A DNA stretch of 64,000 nt, taken from an uncultured Acidobacterium sp. GTDB lineage: Bacteria; Acidobacteriota; Vicinamibacteria; Vicinamibacterales; UBA2999. This document shows, in pieces, positions 63,226 through 64,000 of the stretch. The notes beneath the pieces are model-generated. The model worked only from the letters and a program-made list of their open reading frames with translations. It ran no database searches and was not told the DNA's origin. The stretch lies in contig CAYGMD010000002.1 of NCBI GenBank assembly GCA_964350785.1, forward strand, positions 215-64,214, read 5' to 3'. A program made the position numbers and the translations under genes. Numbering within the stretch: the first letter of the stretch is position 1; each line of letters begins with the position of its first letter.

Positions 63226-64000
63226 TTGTTCCCATCACCAGGATTACCGCGCGCGCGGTCCGGCCGCTTTGACGCGGTCGTGGGCGCGGTGTTGTTCGCC
63301 GTGTCGCTCGTGGCCTCGCAACTGGCAATGGGCAGCATGCGCGCAGCCGGCGCCGAGCCGTTCTTCTACCAGTCGAACTTTGAACCAGCCGTGATGATGG
63401 CGTGCGGACGGGGATTCGTGACGCCGCCGACGCCGCCGCCCGCGCTCACAGAGTTTCTCGCCGTCAGGCGGAACGAGTTCGATTGCTCGCAGCTGCCCGC
63501 CGGCATGACCGAGTTGCCGCTGACGACGCCTGCCACCGCCAACTGGTACTACCTGTACGCCACCGTCGCCGCGGTATGGAAGGTGACCGGCGTGTCGTGG
63601 TCGGCGCTCGATCTCGTCGGCTCGGCCATGAGCGCCGCCGGCACCGTGTTCCTGTACGGCCTCTTCCGGCTCGCGGCCGGCGCCGGGCTGGCCGCCACGT
63701 TCGCCCTGGTGTTGACGATGTCGCCGGCCAACCTCACGCATTTGTTGTCGTTGCGTGACTACAGCAAGGCGCCGTTCGTGCTGGGCGCCGTGTGGATCCT
63801 CGGCGCGCTGGTGGTGCGGCCGATGGGCCGCGCCGCGACGCTGGTCCTGGCCGCGGCGTACGGCTTGGGCGTGGGCCTCGGCTATGGCTTTCGCGGCGAC
63901 CTGGCCGTGATGGTGCCTTTCGGCGCCGGCGTCGTGCTGTTGTTCCTCCCGGGATCGTGGCGGCAACACGCCGGCCGCAACGTGCAGGCGATGGCGGTGT
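63226..64000 (+). CDS. Large polytopic membrane protein, unassigned family, paralogue P4 (3'-truncated at the window edge)
   Basis: Frame 1 is open from 63226 to the window end, so it is absent from the ORF track. My translation gives PFFYQSNFEPAVMMACGRGF, VSWSAL, LRDYSKAPF and GYGFRGD, colinear with P1-P3. Start is uncertain (TTG 63226). Confidence 0.65.
   Translation, partial: MFPSPGLPRARSGRFDAVVGAVLFAVSLVASQLAMGSMRAAGAEPFFYQSNFEPAVMMACGRGFVTPPTPPPALTEFLAVRRNEFDCSQLPAGMTELPLTTPATANWYYLYATVAAVWKVTGVSWSALDLVGSAMSAAGTVFLYGLFRLAAGAGLAATFALVLTMSPANLTHLLSLRDYSKAPFVLGAVWILGALVVRPMGRAATLVLAAAYGLGVGLGYGFRGDLAVMVPFGAGVVLLFLPGSWRQHAGRNVQAMAV

Noticed and set aside
63244-63969. A 241-aa minus-strand ORF, the only long ORF listed over most of the last ~750 nt.
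   Set aside because: The + strand frame 1 over the same region is open to the window end. It encodes a sequence colinear with the P1-P3 membrane proteins (FYQSNFEPAVMMACGRGF, LRDYSKAPF, GYGFRGD). The minus ORF is Arg/His/Gly-rich shadow sequence.

Overview
The window is GC-rich bacterial DNA, and I read it as one continuous glycan-assembly (O-antigen, EPS or capsule-like) mega-locus. I call 57 coding regions, all on the + strand. The locus runs off both window edges: the first CDS is 5'-truncated and the last is 3'-truncated. About two dozen gene junctions are 4-nt ATGA/GTGA/TTGA stop-start overlaps, and the largest intergenic gap is 119 nt. I saw no rRNA, tRNA, CRISPR array, transposase or integrase.

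Recognisable content:
- An ABC-transporter export core (Wzm and Wzt), plus a second orphan Wzt-like ATPase.
- Five GT4 and three GT2 glycosyltransferases.
- Three AsnB-type amidotransferases.
- WbpB- and WbpD-like enzymes of the 2,3-diamino-uronic-acid pathway, RfbB, and two DegT aminotransferases.
- Two WbqC-like proteins and five SAM methyltransferases.
- A NodU/CmcH carbamoyltransferase with SxtJ-like and DUF5989-like partners.
- A formyltransferase plus a degenerate paralogue, and a radical-SAM/SPASM enzyme.
- An M20 deacylase, and GNAT and AAC(3)-fold acetyltransferases.

The two most unusual parts:
1. An ACP-E2-E1alpha-E1beta module with no E3 gene, resembling a 2-oxoacid dehydrogenase or transketolase system, embedded in the sugar genes. 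I predict it makes an acyl-S-ACP used to decorate the glycan.
2. Four paralogues of a large polytopic membrane protein that I cannot assign to a known family. They lie near GtrB/ArnC-like GT2 enzymes, which fits a new GT-C-like periplasmic glycosyltransferase or polymerase family.

All functional calls come from motifs read by eye in the supplied translations. No database search was possible, so family names are hypotheses to confirm by HMM or structure search.
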